Program-made: the position numbers and the translations under genes
Source of the DNA: Candidatus Parcubacteria bacterium
GTDB taxonomy: Bacteria > Patescibacteriota > Minisyncoccia > UBA6257 > HR35
Assembly (NCBI GenBank): GCA_026004495.1
Contig: BPJG01000001.1
Coordinates: 144,582 to 208,581 of the forward strand
Length of the DNA stretch: 64,000 nucleotides
Direction of reading: 5' to 3'
The notes under the pieces: generated by a model
Told to the model about the DNA's origin: nothing
What the model saw: only the letters and a program-made list of their open reading frames with translations
Databases searched by the model: none
Shown here: positions 20,339-33,109 of the stretch, piece after piece
How positions within the stretch are numbered: the first letter of the stretch is position 1
Layout: the number at the start of each line of letters is the position of its first letter

Positions 20339-21529
20339 ATGCAATTAACTTATGATATTAGAGGTAAATACCCTTCTGAAGTAAATGAAAATTTAGCTAT
20401 TTTTTTGGCCAGAAAATTTATTCTTTTTTTAAATAAAAAGAAAATTAATCAAATAATAATATCTCAAGATATTAGAAAATCTTCAATCTATTTAATAAAT
20501 TCTTTTGCTGGCGAAATTTTAAAATCGAAAATTAAAATTGAATATTTAGGAATTTTACCTACACCCTTATTTTATTACTTTTGCCTTAAATTTAAAAAAG
20601 CAGGATTGATGGTTACCGCTTCCCATTTGTCATTGGCTTATAATGGCTTTAAGTTTTTTATTCCTCCTAACAAAATTTGGATACCCAAAAATATTCCACT
20701 ATTAAAAAATAAAAAAAATAATAATCCTAAAAATATATTTAAAGAAAATTTTATAAAAAATGCTTACTTAGATTATCTAAAAGAAATAAAGCAAATAATT
20801 AAATTAAAATATAATCACAATTATTATTATTCAAATAAATTAAAAAGCCCTAATATTTTATTATTTAAGTTACTGCCTAAGGTTTTTAAAAATTTAAAAA
20901 TTAAAAAAGACAGTTTTATTTCAATTTATTCCGATTACGATGGTGATAGAATTTTTATAAAATACAAACAAAAATTACTTTCTCCCGAAGAAATTCTTTT
21001 TATTGTCTTAAAAATAAATAATTATCAACGGGTTGGAATTCCAATTACTATTCACAAAAAAATTAAATTACTATTTCCGAAAACAAAATTTTTTTTAATA
21101 AAAACAGGTCATAAAAATTTTAAAAATGCTCATAAAAAATATAATTTAGATTTTGCCCTAGAGCCCTCATGTCACTATTATTTTTTTAAAGAACTTAAAA
21201 CTGAAGCTCCTATTTTGGCTGTTTTAAATGTTTTTAAATTTGAAGAAAAATATAACTTAAATGAAATAAAAAAAATAAATTTCCCTTATTTAAGATTAAA
21301 TACCCGGAATATAAAAATTATAAAAAAATTAGAAAATTATGCTAAAATAAATAATTTTAAAATTAAAAAATTCGATGAATTTTATTTCTATAAAAAAATT
21401 AATAATTATGATTATTTAGCCTATAATATTCGTCAATCTAAAACAGAAAAAAATCTTTATAAAATTTTTATTGAATCAAATAAGTTAGTTTTAATTAATA
21501 ATTTAGTTAATTTAATTAAAAATGACTGA
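20339..21529 (+). CDS. divergent phosphoglucomutase/phosphomannomutase-like protein (K/N-rich, possibly degenerate)
   Basis: N-terminal DIRGKYP (cf. PGM/PMM GTDGIRG) and VTASHLSLAYNGFKFF, resembling the phosphoserine loop TASHNP..NG.K with NP replaced by LS. The remainder is low complexity. Confidence 0.4.
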   Translation: MQLTYDIRGKYPSEVNENLAIFLARKFILFLNKKKINQIIISQDIRKSSIYLINSFAGEILKSKIKIEYLGILPTPLFYYFCLKFKKAGLMVTASHLSLAYNGFKFFIPPNKIWIPKNIPLLKNKKNNNPKNIFKENFIKNAYLDYLKEIKQIIKLKYNHNYYYSNKLKSPNILLFKLLPKVFKNLKIKKDSFISIYSDYDGDRIFIKYKQKLLSPEEILFIVLKINNYQRVGIPITIHKKIKLLFPKTKFFLIKTGHKNFKNAHKKYNLDFALEPSCHYYFFKELKTEAPILAVLNVFKFEEKYNLNEIKKINFPYLRLNTRNIKIIKKLENYAKINNFKIKKFDEFYFYKKINNYDYLAYNIRQSKTEKNLYKIFIESNKLVLINNLVNLIKND

Positions 21530-22526
21530 AGAATTAAGATTGAATAAAATAATTAAGAATTATCATCTAATTGTTTTATTTTTAATTATTATTTTTATTA
21601 TCGCTAATTCAGTATTTGAACTATTTTATCCTCTATATATACCCGAACCAGGAAAAGAAATTTATATTTCTCCAGGTACATCAATAAGAGAAATTAGCGA
21701 TAAATTAGAAAAAGAAAACGTTATTAGATCAGCATTTTTTTTAAGATTAACCTTATTGCTTTCAGGCAAGGCAAATAAAATAAAGGCTGGTTTTTATAAA
21801 TTTAGTGGCCAATTAAATACAAATGATGTTTCTAAAATACTAATTAAGGGAGGAAGAGGAATAATTATTACTTTTAACGAAGGCTTAACCTTAAAAGAGA
21901 TGAATGATATATTAAAAAAAAATAATTTAAAAGCTGATTTAAGTAAGTATAAATTAAAAGATTTCAGTAATTTAGAATTATTAAAGTATTTTCCTGAAAA
22001 TATTAACCTTGAAGGCTTTTTAATGCCTGATACTTATGAGTTTTTTTATGAAGAATCGGAAAAAATAATTATTGAAAAATTATTAAAAAATTTTATTCAA
22101 AAAGCATTACCAGAATTTTTAAAATACCCTGAAGTTAATTTTTACGAAAAATTAATTTTAGCTTCAATCTTAGAAAAGGAAGCTAAATCTTATGAAGATA
22201 TGAAAATAATTGCTGGCATTTTAGAGAAAAGATTAAAAATCAATAAAAAATTAGAAGTTGATGCAACCGTAGCTTATATAAAATGTAATAATTATCCTTG
22301 TGATTGGAAGGTAAATTCTAAAGAAATTAGAAATTATAAATCTCCATATAATACATATCTAAATAAGGGTTATCCTCCATCTCCTATTTCTAATCCAGGA
22401 TTAAATGCAATTAAAGCAGCTCTTAATCCTTTAACATCAGATTATCTATATTATCTTACTAATAAAGAAGGTGAAACTATTTTTTCAAAATCTTTCAAGG
22501 AACATCAATTAAATATTAACAAATAT

Positions 22527-22535
<9 letters not shown>
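21522..22535 (+). CDS. mltG: endolytic murein transglycosylase MltG/YceG-like
   Basis: N-terminal TM and the YceG pattern (KIKAGFYKF, LASILEKEA, YNTYLNKGYPPSPISNPG). Confidence 0.7.
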
Positions 22536-25037
<2,502 letters not shown>

Positions 25038-25053
25038 TGGAAATAATTTTCAA

Positions 25054-26565
25054 TTAATTAAACCTTTCAAAGAATTTAATTAATTCTTCCTTTAATTTAT
25101 TTTCTAATTTCTCATCTAAATCTTGTTTTTCTTTTATTTCTTCTAAAATTTGAGATGTATTGAGCTCAAAATAATCAAATAGTTCTTCTTTAATTTTTTT
25201 AATTTGATAAATTTCAAAATTATCAAAAAATCCATTATTAGCAGCATAAATTAAAATAGCTAATTTTTCAAAAGTTATTGGTTTAAGATTTTCTTGTTTT
25301 AAGATTTCTATTAAAATTCTTCCTCTAATTAATTTTTCTTTTAATTCTTTAGGCAAATCAGTACTAATTTGAGCAAATTCTTCTAATTCTCTATATTGCG
25401 CCAAATCTAATTTTAGCTTACCAGCAATTTTTTTAATTATTTTGGTCTGTGCCTTTGATCCAACCCTTGAAACCGAAAGACCAATATTTATTGCCGGTTT
25501 AAAATTGCTCCTAAATAAATCAGCTTCTAAATATATCTGTCCATCAGTGATGGAAATTAAATTAGTAGGAATATAACTTGAGATATCACCTAACTGAGTT
25601 TCACAAATAGGTAAGGCAGTTAAGCTACCTTTATTTTTTAAATTAGCAGCTCTTTCCAATAATTTAGAGTGGATATAAAAAATATCTCCGGGATAAGCCT
25701 CTCTTCCAACGGGTCTTTTTAATAATAAAGAAATTTCTCTCCAAGACCAGGCATGTTTAGTTAGATCATCATAAATAACAACAGCATCCCTACCTTGATC
25801 CATGAAATATTCTCCAATTGCACAACCAACATAGGGAGCTAAATATAATAAAATTGGATAATCATCAGGAGTTGTTGCTATTATTATTGAATAATCTAGG
25901 GCTTCTTTTTCTCTCAAAATTTCATAAATTCTTTTAATTTTAGACATTTTTTGACCAATAGCAACATAAATACAAACGGGCGTAGGATAAACATCATTCT
26001 TTTGATTAAGAATAACATCTAAAGCAATACTCGTCTTGCCAGTCTGCCTATCTCCTAAAATTAATTGTCTTTGTCCTCTACCAATAGGAATTAAGGCATC
26101 AATAATTTTTATTCCTGTATGGAGAGGAGTATTAACAGGTTGTCTCTCGATAACACCAGGAGCCTTTTTCTCAACCCTATAAAAAGTTTCTGAGGTTATT
26201 TCCGGTAAATTATCTAACGGCTTAATTAAAGGATTAAACACTCTACCTAACATTTCATTACTAACAGGAATACTCAAAATTCTTTTTGTTCTATAAACGA
26301 TATCCTTAGAATTAATTTTATCAAAATCATTCAAACAAACAGCTCCTAAAATTCCTTCTTCTAAATTCATTGCTAGTAATAAAATTTCTTTATCTTCTTT
26401 TTCTATCTTCAAAATTTCCATCATCTGGCAATCATTTAATCCTTCTATCCAAACTATACCATCGTTAATTGATATAACTCTACCGATTTCCTTAAACTCT
26501 AATTCTACTTCAATATTTTCTATAGTATTTTTTAATTTTTCTATTAAAAATTTAATATCCTCCAT
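25054..26565 (-). CDS. atpA: F-type ATP synthase subunit alpha
   Basis: P-loop GDRQTGKTSIA. Confidence 0.95.
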   Translation of the reverse strand: MEDIKFLIEKLKNTIENIEVELEFKEIGRVISINDGIVWIEGLNDCQMMEILKIEKEDKEILLLAMNLEEGILGAVCLNDFDKINSKDIVYRTKRILSIPVSNEMLGRVFNPLIKPLDNLPEITSETFYRVEKKAPGVIERQPVNTPLHTGIKIIDALIPIGRGQRQLILGDRQTGKTSIALDVILNQKNDVYPTPVCIYVAIGQKMSKIKRIYEILREKEALDYSIIIATTPDDYPILLYLAPYVGCAIGEYFMDQGRDAVVIYDDLTKHAWSWREISLLLKRPVGREAYPGDIFYIHSKLLERAANLKNKGSLTALPICETQLGDISSYIPTNLISITDGQIYLEADLFRSNFKPAINIGLSVSRVGSKAQTKIIKKIAGKLKLDLAQYRELEEFAQISTDLPKELKEKLIRGRILIEILKQENLKPITFEKLAILIYAANNGFFDNFEIYQIKKIKEELFDYFELNTSQILEEIKEKQDLDEKLENKLKEELIKFFERFN

Positions 26566-26577
26566 GTATTGTTGAAA

Positions 26578-26934
26578 TTATTTTTTAATAATATTTTCCA
26601 AATTAAAGTTGATTTCTCTATCATTCAATCTTAGAATAAAACCTAAAATAATATTTTTATTAATTCTAACTTTTTCTATTATTAAATTTCTAACAATTTG
26701 ATTAAGTTTATTTCTTATTAAATTTTCATTTTCTAAAAAGACTAATTCTAATTCACCTAATTGAAAACCATTTTCTAAATACAAATCTCTTTTTAGTGAA
26801 AGAAAATTTTTCTTTAATTTTGCTAATTTGCCTTCTTTTCTTAATCTCAAAATGAATTCATTAAGTAAATTAAAATCTTTTTTCTTAAGATAGTTTAAAA
26901 TAATTTTTTTAATAACTATTTCCTCTCTATCCAT
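26578..26934 (-). CDS. atpH: F-type ATP synthase subunit delta (short form)
   Basis: Position between atpF and atpA. Only about 118 aa, corresponding to the OSCP C-terminal part. Confidence 0.55.
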   Translation of the reverse strand: MDREEIVIKKIILNYLKKKDFNLLNEFILRLRKEGKLAKLKKNFLSLKRDLYLENGFQLGELELVFLENENLIRNKLNQIVRNLIIEKVRINKNIILGFILRLNDREINFNLENIIKK

Positions 26935-27406
26935 TTAATTTTTTAATAAATTCTTGATCAAAATCTGATTTATTAAAAATTTTTCGCGCTAAATCAATAA
27001 ACAATTCTCGACTATATTTTTGCATTTCAGATATTAATTTCTCTTTCATAAGATTTTCTTCAATTTTTAACTGTTTATATATTTCATTTTTCTTTAGGTT
27101 AATCTCCTCTCTAGTTTTCAATAAAAGATTTTCTTTTTCTTCTTGGGCTTGTTTTAATATATTAATTCTTTCATTCTCTGCTTCCTCAATTATTTTTTCC
27201 CTTAATAATCTAACTTCTTGAATAAGCTTTTCAACTTCTTCTCTTTTTTTCAATCCTTCTTCAATTTTTTGTTTGCGTTCTTCAATAATCTTACTAATTG
27301 GCTTAGAAAAAAAATAATAAATAACAAAAAACAATAAAGCGAAGTTGATTATTTGTAAAATTAAAATCTTATAGTCTATTCCTAAAGAAAGCTGCAAGCT
27401 ATTCAT
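26927..27406 (-). CDS. atpF: F-type ATP synthase subunit b
   Basis: Single N-terminal TM plus a long charged helix. Position in the operon. Confidence 0.65.
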   Translation of the reverse strand: MNSLQLSLGIDYKILILQIINFALLFFVIYYFFSKPISKIIEERKQKIEEGLKKREEVEKLIQEVRLLREKIIEEAENERINILKQAQEEKENLLLKTREEINLKKNEIYKQLKIEENLMKEKLISEMQKYSRELFIDLARKIFNKSDFDQEFIKKLNG

Positions 27407-27437
27407 AATAATTTTTTTAATTTAGATTTTAAATCAA

Positions 27438-27701
27438 CTACTTTACAAATCTTATAATTAATGCAATAGCTAAGACATAAATAGCTAATGCTTCAGCAAA
27501 AGCAATTGATAAAATGGCCATAGTTTGAATTTTAGAGCTTGCTTCTGGATTTCTGCCTATTGATTTTACTGCTTCACCTCCAATTTTAGCAATTGCCAAA
27601 GCAGGCCCAAGAACACCAATAGTTATAGAAATACCTGTAATAATTAATCTTATTGTTTCGATATCCATATATAAATTAAAAAATTTTAATTTAATGTTCA
27701 A
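27438..27701 (-). CDS. atpE: F-type ATP synthase subunit c
   Basis: Hairpin proteolipid with conserved carboxylate (AFAEALAIY). Confidence 0.85.
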   Translation of the reverse strand: MNIKLKFFNLYMDIETIRLIITGISITIGVLGPALAIAKIGGEAVKSIGRNPEASSKIQTMAILSIAFAEALAIYVLAIALIIRFVK

Positions 27702-28371
27702 AAGCGACCTTAATAAAAACGCTTGTTAAAACAAAAAAAATAAATGCTTGAATTATTCCTACAAAAATTTCTAAGCCAATAAAAATAGAGGGTACTATTA
27801 AGGAAATCAAAAAACTTATAATCATTAACAGAACCTTGCCACTAAAAATATTCCCAAATAATCTAAAACTAAAGGAAATAATTTTAGCAAATTCAGAAAT
27901 TAATTCAAGTATTCCTAAGGGAGATATAAATCTTTTAATAAACCCTACACCTAACTTTAAGAAACCTAAAATATTAGTTATTATCACCGAAATTAAAGAT
28001 AGAGCTAGGGTCATATTGATATCAGAAAAAACTGATCTAAATAAATGAATATGATGGCCATCCTTACTTAAATAAAATGCTTCAAAGGGAGGAAATAAAA
28101 TTATTAAATTAGCAACACTAATATAAATAAGGAAAGTTAAGCAAAATGTAAAAATTTTTAGATTAGTTAAATGTGTTATTCCATGCCAAAAATTATAAAC
28201 AGATTCATAGAATACTTCTAATATAATTTGAATTTTAGTAGGATTTAACTTATACCTTAAACTAAATAGAAAAACAAATATAATTAATATAACTAAATAA
28301 GAGGTTAAAAGAGTATTAGTTATATTTAGATCATATATGGAAATTAATTTTTCTGCTTTTAAATCTATCAT
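27691..28371 (-). CDS. atpB: F-type ATP synthase subunit a
   Basis: Polytopic membrane protein, first gene of the operon, with conserved Arg in the penultimate helix region. Confidence 0.75.
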   Translation of the reverse strand: MIDLKAEKLISIYDLNITNTLLTSYLVILIIFVFLFSLRYKLNPTKIQIILEVFYESVYNFWHGITHLTNLKIFTFCLTFLIYISVANLIILFPPFEAFYLSKDGHHIHLFRSVFSDINMTLALSLISVIITNILGFLKLGVGFIKRFISPLGILELISEFAKIISFSFRLFGNIFSGKVLLMIISFLISLIVPSIFIGLEIFVGIIQAFIFFVLTSVFIKVAFEH

Positions 28372-28372
28372 C

Positions 28373-29596
28373 TTAAAATTCAGAATAAATTAATCCTAAA
28401 TTGCGATTAATACCCTGAAACAAAATAACTATTTTGTCAGCTAAGTTATCGAAATAATTATCAAGATAATTAAAATTAGTAAAATATTTATTTACTAAAA
28501 TTTCATTATGAAAAATATTTATTTTAAAAAAAATGCTTCTATAGCGATTATCTAAAATAAGATTAATATTCCCACCAAAAACCTCGGGTTCTGAAACTTT
28601 AATTTCTCTTATATCGAAATAATTATTCAATCTTAAGTTAAATAATAAATTATTAGGAAAATAATTCAAAAATTTAATTTGCAAATTATTATTATAATAA
28701 TATATAAGCAAAAGATCATTAATGTCTCCCTCGATATATTTACAACTTATTCTATCGTCTATTTTAATATTTCTTTCAAGTTCATAACCTAAACTCAAAT
28801 TATAAGAATTAAACGTTATTAAATAGAAATTATTATCAGAATTTAAGCCACATAAATAATAAATTCCACCAATATTGCTGACTTCAGAAAATCTAAAATT
28901 ACTATCTAAACTAGTTGAATAAATTAGATTTAATAGAGAGTCCAAAAGATACAATTTGTAAAAATAATTACTTTCATCTTTAGTTATCAATAAGATATCA
29001 AAATTATTATTTATTAATTTAATAAATTTTTCTTTAGGATGGATGTTAAATGTAGTTTCGCTAGAAAGATTATTATTAAGATCAAATTTAAATATTTTTA
29101 ATAAATCTAAGTTTTTAAAAATTAAAATTATGCTTCCTTGGCTATCTAAATATTCCCAATTTATAAATTGGTATTCTACTAATCGACTTAAATTAATTTC
29201 CTGATTAATATCTAAGCTATTATTCAAAAATATAATTTTAAAGTCATTTAAATTTTTATTTAAAACAACAATAAGCAAAGCATCGCCAATTTCTATAAAT
29301 TTAACATCTATAATTTCACCGTCGAAATTTTTAGAAAAGTTATTCACTAAAATATTATTTTCATAAATTCTTAATCTAAGATAATTATTGTATTTACTAA
29401 GAATATAAACTAAATTTTCCCAATAATAAACTTTCAATAGTCTTTCATTTTTATTAATTGGTACTGTAATATATTCTGCGTAGCCTAAATTTGATAAAAA
29501 TATTAAGAAAATAAAGTTTAAATAAAATATCAAAATATATTTTCTCATGTTTAAAAATTTTATCCTTAAAAAATTATTAAAACCCTTATAGAGCAA
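28373..29596 (-). CDS. hypothetical secreted protein (N/Y/L-rich, 407 aa), apparently co-transcribed with atp operon
   Basis: Signal peptide. Overlaps the GGDEF gene by 11 nt and ends 2 nt before atpB. Confidence 0.5.
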   Translation of the reverse strand: MLYKGFNNFLRIKFLNMRKYILIFYLNFIFLIFLSNLGYAEYITVPINKNERLLKVYYWENLVYILSKYNNYLRLRIYENNILVNNFSKNFDGEIIDVKFIEIGDALLIVVLNKNLNDFKIIFLNNSLDINQEINLSRLVEYQFINWEYLDSQGSIILIFKNLDLLKIFKFDLNNNLSSETTFNIHPKEKFIKLINNNFDILLITKDESNYFYKLYLLDSLLNLIYSTSLDSNFRFSEVSNIGGIYYLCGLNSDNNFYLITFNSYNLSLGYELERNIKIDDRISCKYIEGDINDLLLIYYYNNNLQIKFLNYFPNNLLFNLRLNNYFDIREIKVSEPEVFGGNINLILDNRYRSIFFKINIFHNEILVNKYFTNFNYLDNYFDNLADKIVILFQGINRNLGLIYSEF

Positions 29597-30161
29597 CTAC
29601 TCTGTTCTTACCACTTTTTTTAGCTTTATACATTGCTTTATCTGCTTTATCAATTAATTCCTTAAAATTTCTTTCTTTATTGTATTCTACAACTCCCAAG
29701 CTAGCGGTAATATTAAGATAACCTTTTTTAGTTTTAATTTTTATTCTTTCAATTATTTGTCTTAAATCTTCAGCAATTTTTTGAGCCGAATTCAAATCAC
29801 AACCAATTAAAGTAACAACAAACTCTTCACCACCTAAACGTCCAATAATATCGTAATCTCTTAATCTTCCCTTAATAACCTGAGCAACTTTCTCTAAAAC
29901 CCGATCTCCAATTTTATGACCATAGATATCATTTATTTTCTTAAAATTATCTATATCTAAAAATATCACCGCTAATGGTATCCTATATTTTATTCTTCTT
30001 TCCAATTCCCTTCTTTTATAGGCAACAGCCTGAAATATTTTTTGAGAATTTTCTAAAAAACCTCGTCGATTTAAAACTTTAGTCAATTCATCATAATAGG
30101 CCAAAAAATTTAATTTTTTAATTTCAGCTAAAAGTTTTTTTATATTATATTTTTTTTTCAT
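29586..30161 (-). CDS. GGDEF-domain diguanylate cyclase (stand-alone)
   Basis: RxGGEEF active-site motif (IGRLGGEEFVV), upstream FLDIDNFKKIND. Confidence 0.8.
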   Translation of the reverse strand: MKKKYNIKKLLAEIKKLNFLAYYDELTKVLNRRGFLENSQKIFQAVAYKRRELERRIKYRIPLAVIFLDIDNFKKINDIYGHKIGDRVLEKVAQVIKGRLRDYDIIGRLGGEEFVVTLIGCDLNSAQKIAEDLRQIIERIKIKTKKGYLNITASLGVVEYNKERNFKELIDKADKAMYKAKKSGKNRVVAL

Positions 30162-30237
30162 CCTTAAAGAAACAGAAATAAATTATAAACTAAACTTTTT
30201 AGAAACTAATATAATTTTTAATATCTTGATTTAAAAA

Positions 30238-31677
30238 TTATTTAAATAAATCTTCAATATTCTTAATATTCTTTTCTAATATTTTTTCTATGTAATTTAA
30301 ATGTTTTTTAAGGTGTTCAATTTGTTCTTCTTCTTCCTTAACTAATTCTCTTTTCTTTTTAATTGATTCTAATATTTTTAATTGTTTTTCTAAATCGAAC
30401 CTTAACTGGTTAAAAGAATGATGCGAAAATTTTTCTATTTCAGAAATTTTATCCTCAATTTTTTTCTTTATTTTTTTATTTCTCAAGTATAAAATTATTA
30501 AAATTAAAATTAATACTAAAATCAAAATAGTTAAAATTGAAATGATTATGAGTAAATATATTAGATTAATTTTTATATTTTCTAATCTTTTTTCTGTAAG
30601 AATATCGCGAGAGCCAATTTCAAAATTTAAACTACTATAACCAATATTTGAAGCAAAATCGATAGCTTTTACGGTTAAATTATGCTTACCAGGTTTAATA
30701 TTAAAATCTTCTAGTGAAATAATTTTTTCTTTGGTTAGAGTTGCTAAGGTATTATCTAAATAAACTTCAAAATAATTAATACCTGATAAATTATCTTCAG
30801 CTAAAATTTCAAATTTAGGTAATTCATGAGCAAATTTTCTTAAAATTTCTTTTATTTCAACTGAAGGTGGGGTAGTATCAATCATAACTTTATAACTACT
30901 AATTTCACTTGAAGACTCGTTGTCTTCAAATTGTAACCTAAAGTAATAAATACCATCAGCAAGATTTTCTATCTTTCTATAATTTATAGGTGGCTCATAA
31001 ATAATAGTAGGTGGTTGATTAATACTTGTTGTTAAAATTAACTTCACCCTTTTAACATTATTAATTAATTCCCATTCTACTTCTAAATCTTTGATATTAT
31101 ACCATTTATCTTGATCTGGATGAGTTCTAGAAATAATTATAGGTTTAGGTAGATTAATCTTTTTAGAAATAGATAATTGAGTTTGATCATTTTCTAGTTT
31201 TCTTTTATATATTTTAATTTTTGCTTCTGTCGCATTTTTAAAAATATCTGTTCCTTCTCCATCAGCCGCTAAAATTTGAACATTATTAAAATTTATTTTA
31301 GTTACATCAGTCTCCTTTAATCCCCTAAATTCAATGTCGATAATTTTACCTTTTTTACCCTTAAATGCTTTATTTAAAACTACCCCCTCAAAAGTTATTT
31401 CACCATTATTATTATCAAAAACCGGTTTTACTGCCCAAAAATTAATTATTGAATCACTATCAGAAATCTTGATCACTCTTAAATATTTGTTATCAAATTT
31501 TATTCTAACACCAACAGCATTAATCTCTTGATCAGAATCAACATAAGCTGATAATTTAAAATTTTTATTAATTTCAAATTCACCCTCTAATGGTGAAAAA
31601 TATATAGTAGCTGAAAAAATTAAATTAGGCACTAAAAGAATAAAAAAAAAGATAAATAACTTAAAATAAATTTTCAT
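30238..31677 (-). CDS. membrane-anchored cohesin-like domain protein with C-terminal TM and cytoplasmic coiled coil
   Basis: Signal peptide. N-terminal ~140 aa has a cohesin-like pattern (IKFDNKYLRVIKISD...GEITFEGVVL...GKIIDIEFRGLK...INFNNVQILAADGEGTDI). Then a beta-rich region, a TM helix, and a K/E-rich tail. Confidence 0.5.
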   Translation of the reverse strand: MKIYFKLFIFFFILLVPNLIFSATIYFSPLEGEFEINKNFKLSAYVDSDQEINAVGVRIKFDNKYLRVIKISDSDSIINFWAVKPVFDNNNGEITFEGVVLNKAFKGKKGKIIDIEFRGLKETDVTKINFNNVQILAADGEGTDIFKNATEAKIKIYKRKLENDQTQLSISKKINLPKPIIISRTHPDQDKWYNIKDLEVEWELINNVKRVKLILTTSINQPPTIIYEPPINYRKIENLADGIYYFRLQFEDNESSSEISSYKVMIDTTPPSVEIKEILRKFAHELPKFEILAEDNLSGINYFEVYLDNTLATLTKEKIISLEDFNIKPGKHNLTVKAIDFASNIGYSSLNFEIGSRDILTEKRLENIKINLIYLLIIISILTILILVLILILIILYLRNKKIKKKIEDKISEIEKFSHHSFNQLRFDLEKQLKILESIKKKRELVKEEEEQIEHLKKHLNYIEKILEKNIKNIEDLFK

Positions 31678-33020
31678 TTATTTTTAAAAACTAAAATAAT
31701 ATCAGAAATATTAATTGGCAACCTTCCTGTAATTATACCTTCTTTAATCTTGCTAAAAAATTTAAAACTATTATTATTTTCTAGAAATTTATTAATACTT
31801 AAATTATTATTTTTAGCTTTTTCTAAACTTAAATAATCGCCAATAGCTCCAGCAAAGGGAGTATTGTCCCAACCATCAGAATTAATGGCTATAATTCCAA
31901 GATTATTGTTTTTAGAATTAGAAAGATATTTTAAAAACCATAAAACTAATTCTTGATTTCTTCCTCCTTTACCTTTAATATTTTTTACCTTAACATTTGT
32001 TTCTCCTCCAATCAATAAAACATCATACTTAGACTTTATTATTTTATTAAATAAAAACTTAGCTACATTTTTAACTTCATCCTTAAGTTTAGAGGTTAAT
32101 ATCTTTGATTTTAAACCTAAATATTTTGCTTTTTTATTCATAATTTTTAAAGTTAAACTATTATTAACAATTAACATATTAAAAACATTTCTAAAATACT
32201 TTTTTTTCTTAGCTGTATCTATTAGATCATATCTAGAAAGATTATTAATTTTAAATTTCTTAACCAATCTCCAGGCATCGCTAATTGTAGATTTATCTTT
32301 AACTGTTGGCCCAGAGGCAATAATTGAAATATCATTACCTGGAACATCAGAAATTATCAAACTAATTATTGTCGCTGGATATAGTAATTTTGCTAATCCT
32401 CCACCCTTTAAACTATCTATATGTTTTCTAATTATATTCATTTCATAAATATTAGCACCAGATTTTAATAGTTGTTGATTAATATTTATATACTTAGATA
32501 AATAATTTTTATAATTTTTTTTTGATATTTTTTGATTTAAGGTTTCAAAAGATATAAATGGTAAATTTAACATAGCCGAACCACCACCACAAATTATAAT
32601 AATAAACAAATCTCTGTCTTTAGTTTTTCCATAAAACCTTTTAACTATAAACTTAGAAAAATTTAAATTTTTTATCGACGGTAAAGGATGGGTTCCTTTA
32701 AAAAATTTAACTTTAGATTTATCTTTATTTTTTTTAATATTTACATCTATGACATATCCCTCGTTAATTTTTTTAATTTTTCTAAATAATTCTAGGGACA
32801 GAAAATAACTTCCCTTCCCGATACCTAATAAATAAATATTTTCAAACTTTGATAAATCAAACTTTTTATTTTTTACTATTAGCAAATTATTTTTTAAACT
32901 TACACAATTATTAATAATACTTTTAGGATTTAATGCATCTAAGCCGGTTTCGATAATTGAAAGATATTTTTCCCTTTCAATATTATCTTTTATTAAATCA
33001 TTAAAATTTTTGATAGCCAT
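31674..33020 (-). CDS. glycerate kinase, MOFRL family (GckA/TtuD-like)
   Basis: LLGIGKGSYFLSLEL (GKAA-like), GGETNVKVKNIKGKGGRNQELVL, C-terminal SDGWDNTPFAGAIGD. Confidence 0.7.
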   Translation of the reverse strand: MAIKNFNDLIKDNIEREKYLSIIETGLDALNPKSIINNCVSLKNNLLIVKNKKFDLSKFENIYLLGIGKGSYFLSLELFRKIKKINEGYVIDVNIKKNKDKSKVKFFKGTHPLPSIKNLNFSKFIVKRFYGKTKDRDLFIIIICGGGSAMLNLPFISFETLNQKISKKNYKNYLSKYININQQLLKSGANIYEMNIIRKHIDSLKGGGLAKLLYPATIISLIISDVPGNDISIIASGPTVKDKSTISDAWRLVKKFKINNLSRYDLIDTAKKKKYFRNVFNMLIVNNSLTLKIMNKKAKYLGLKSKILTSKLKDEVKNVAKFLFNKIIKSKYDVLLIGGETNVKVKNIKGKGGRNQELVLWFLKYLSNSKNNNLGIIAINSDGWDNTPFAGAIGDYLSLEKAKNNNLSINKFLENNNSFKFFSKIKEGIITGRLPINISDIILVFKNK

Positions 33021-33109
33021 CTAAAAAATTTTAACAATAAAATTGATATAATTATAATTAGTGTAATTATATTCATATTCAAATTATTAATCGTAAATAA
33101 ATAAACAAT

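Noticed and set aside
27836-28048. ORF 27836..28048 (plus strand)
   Set aside because: Antisense within atpB.
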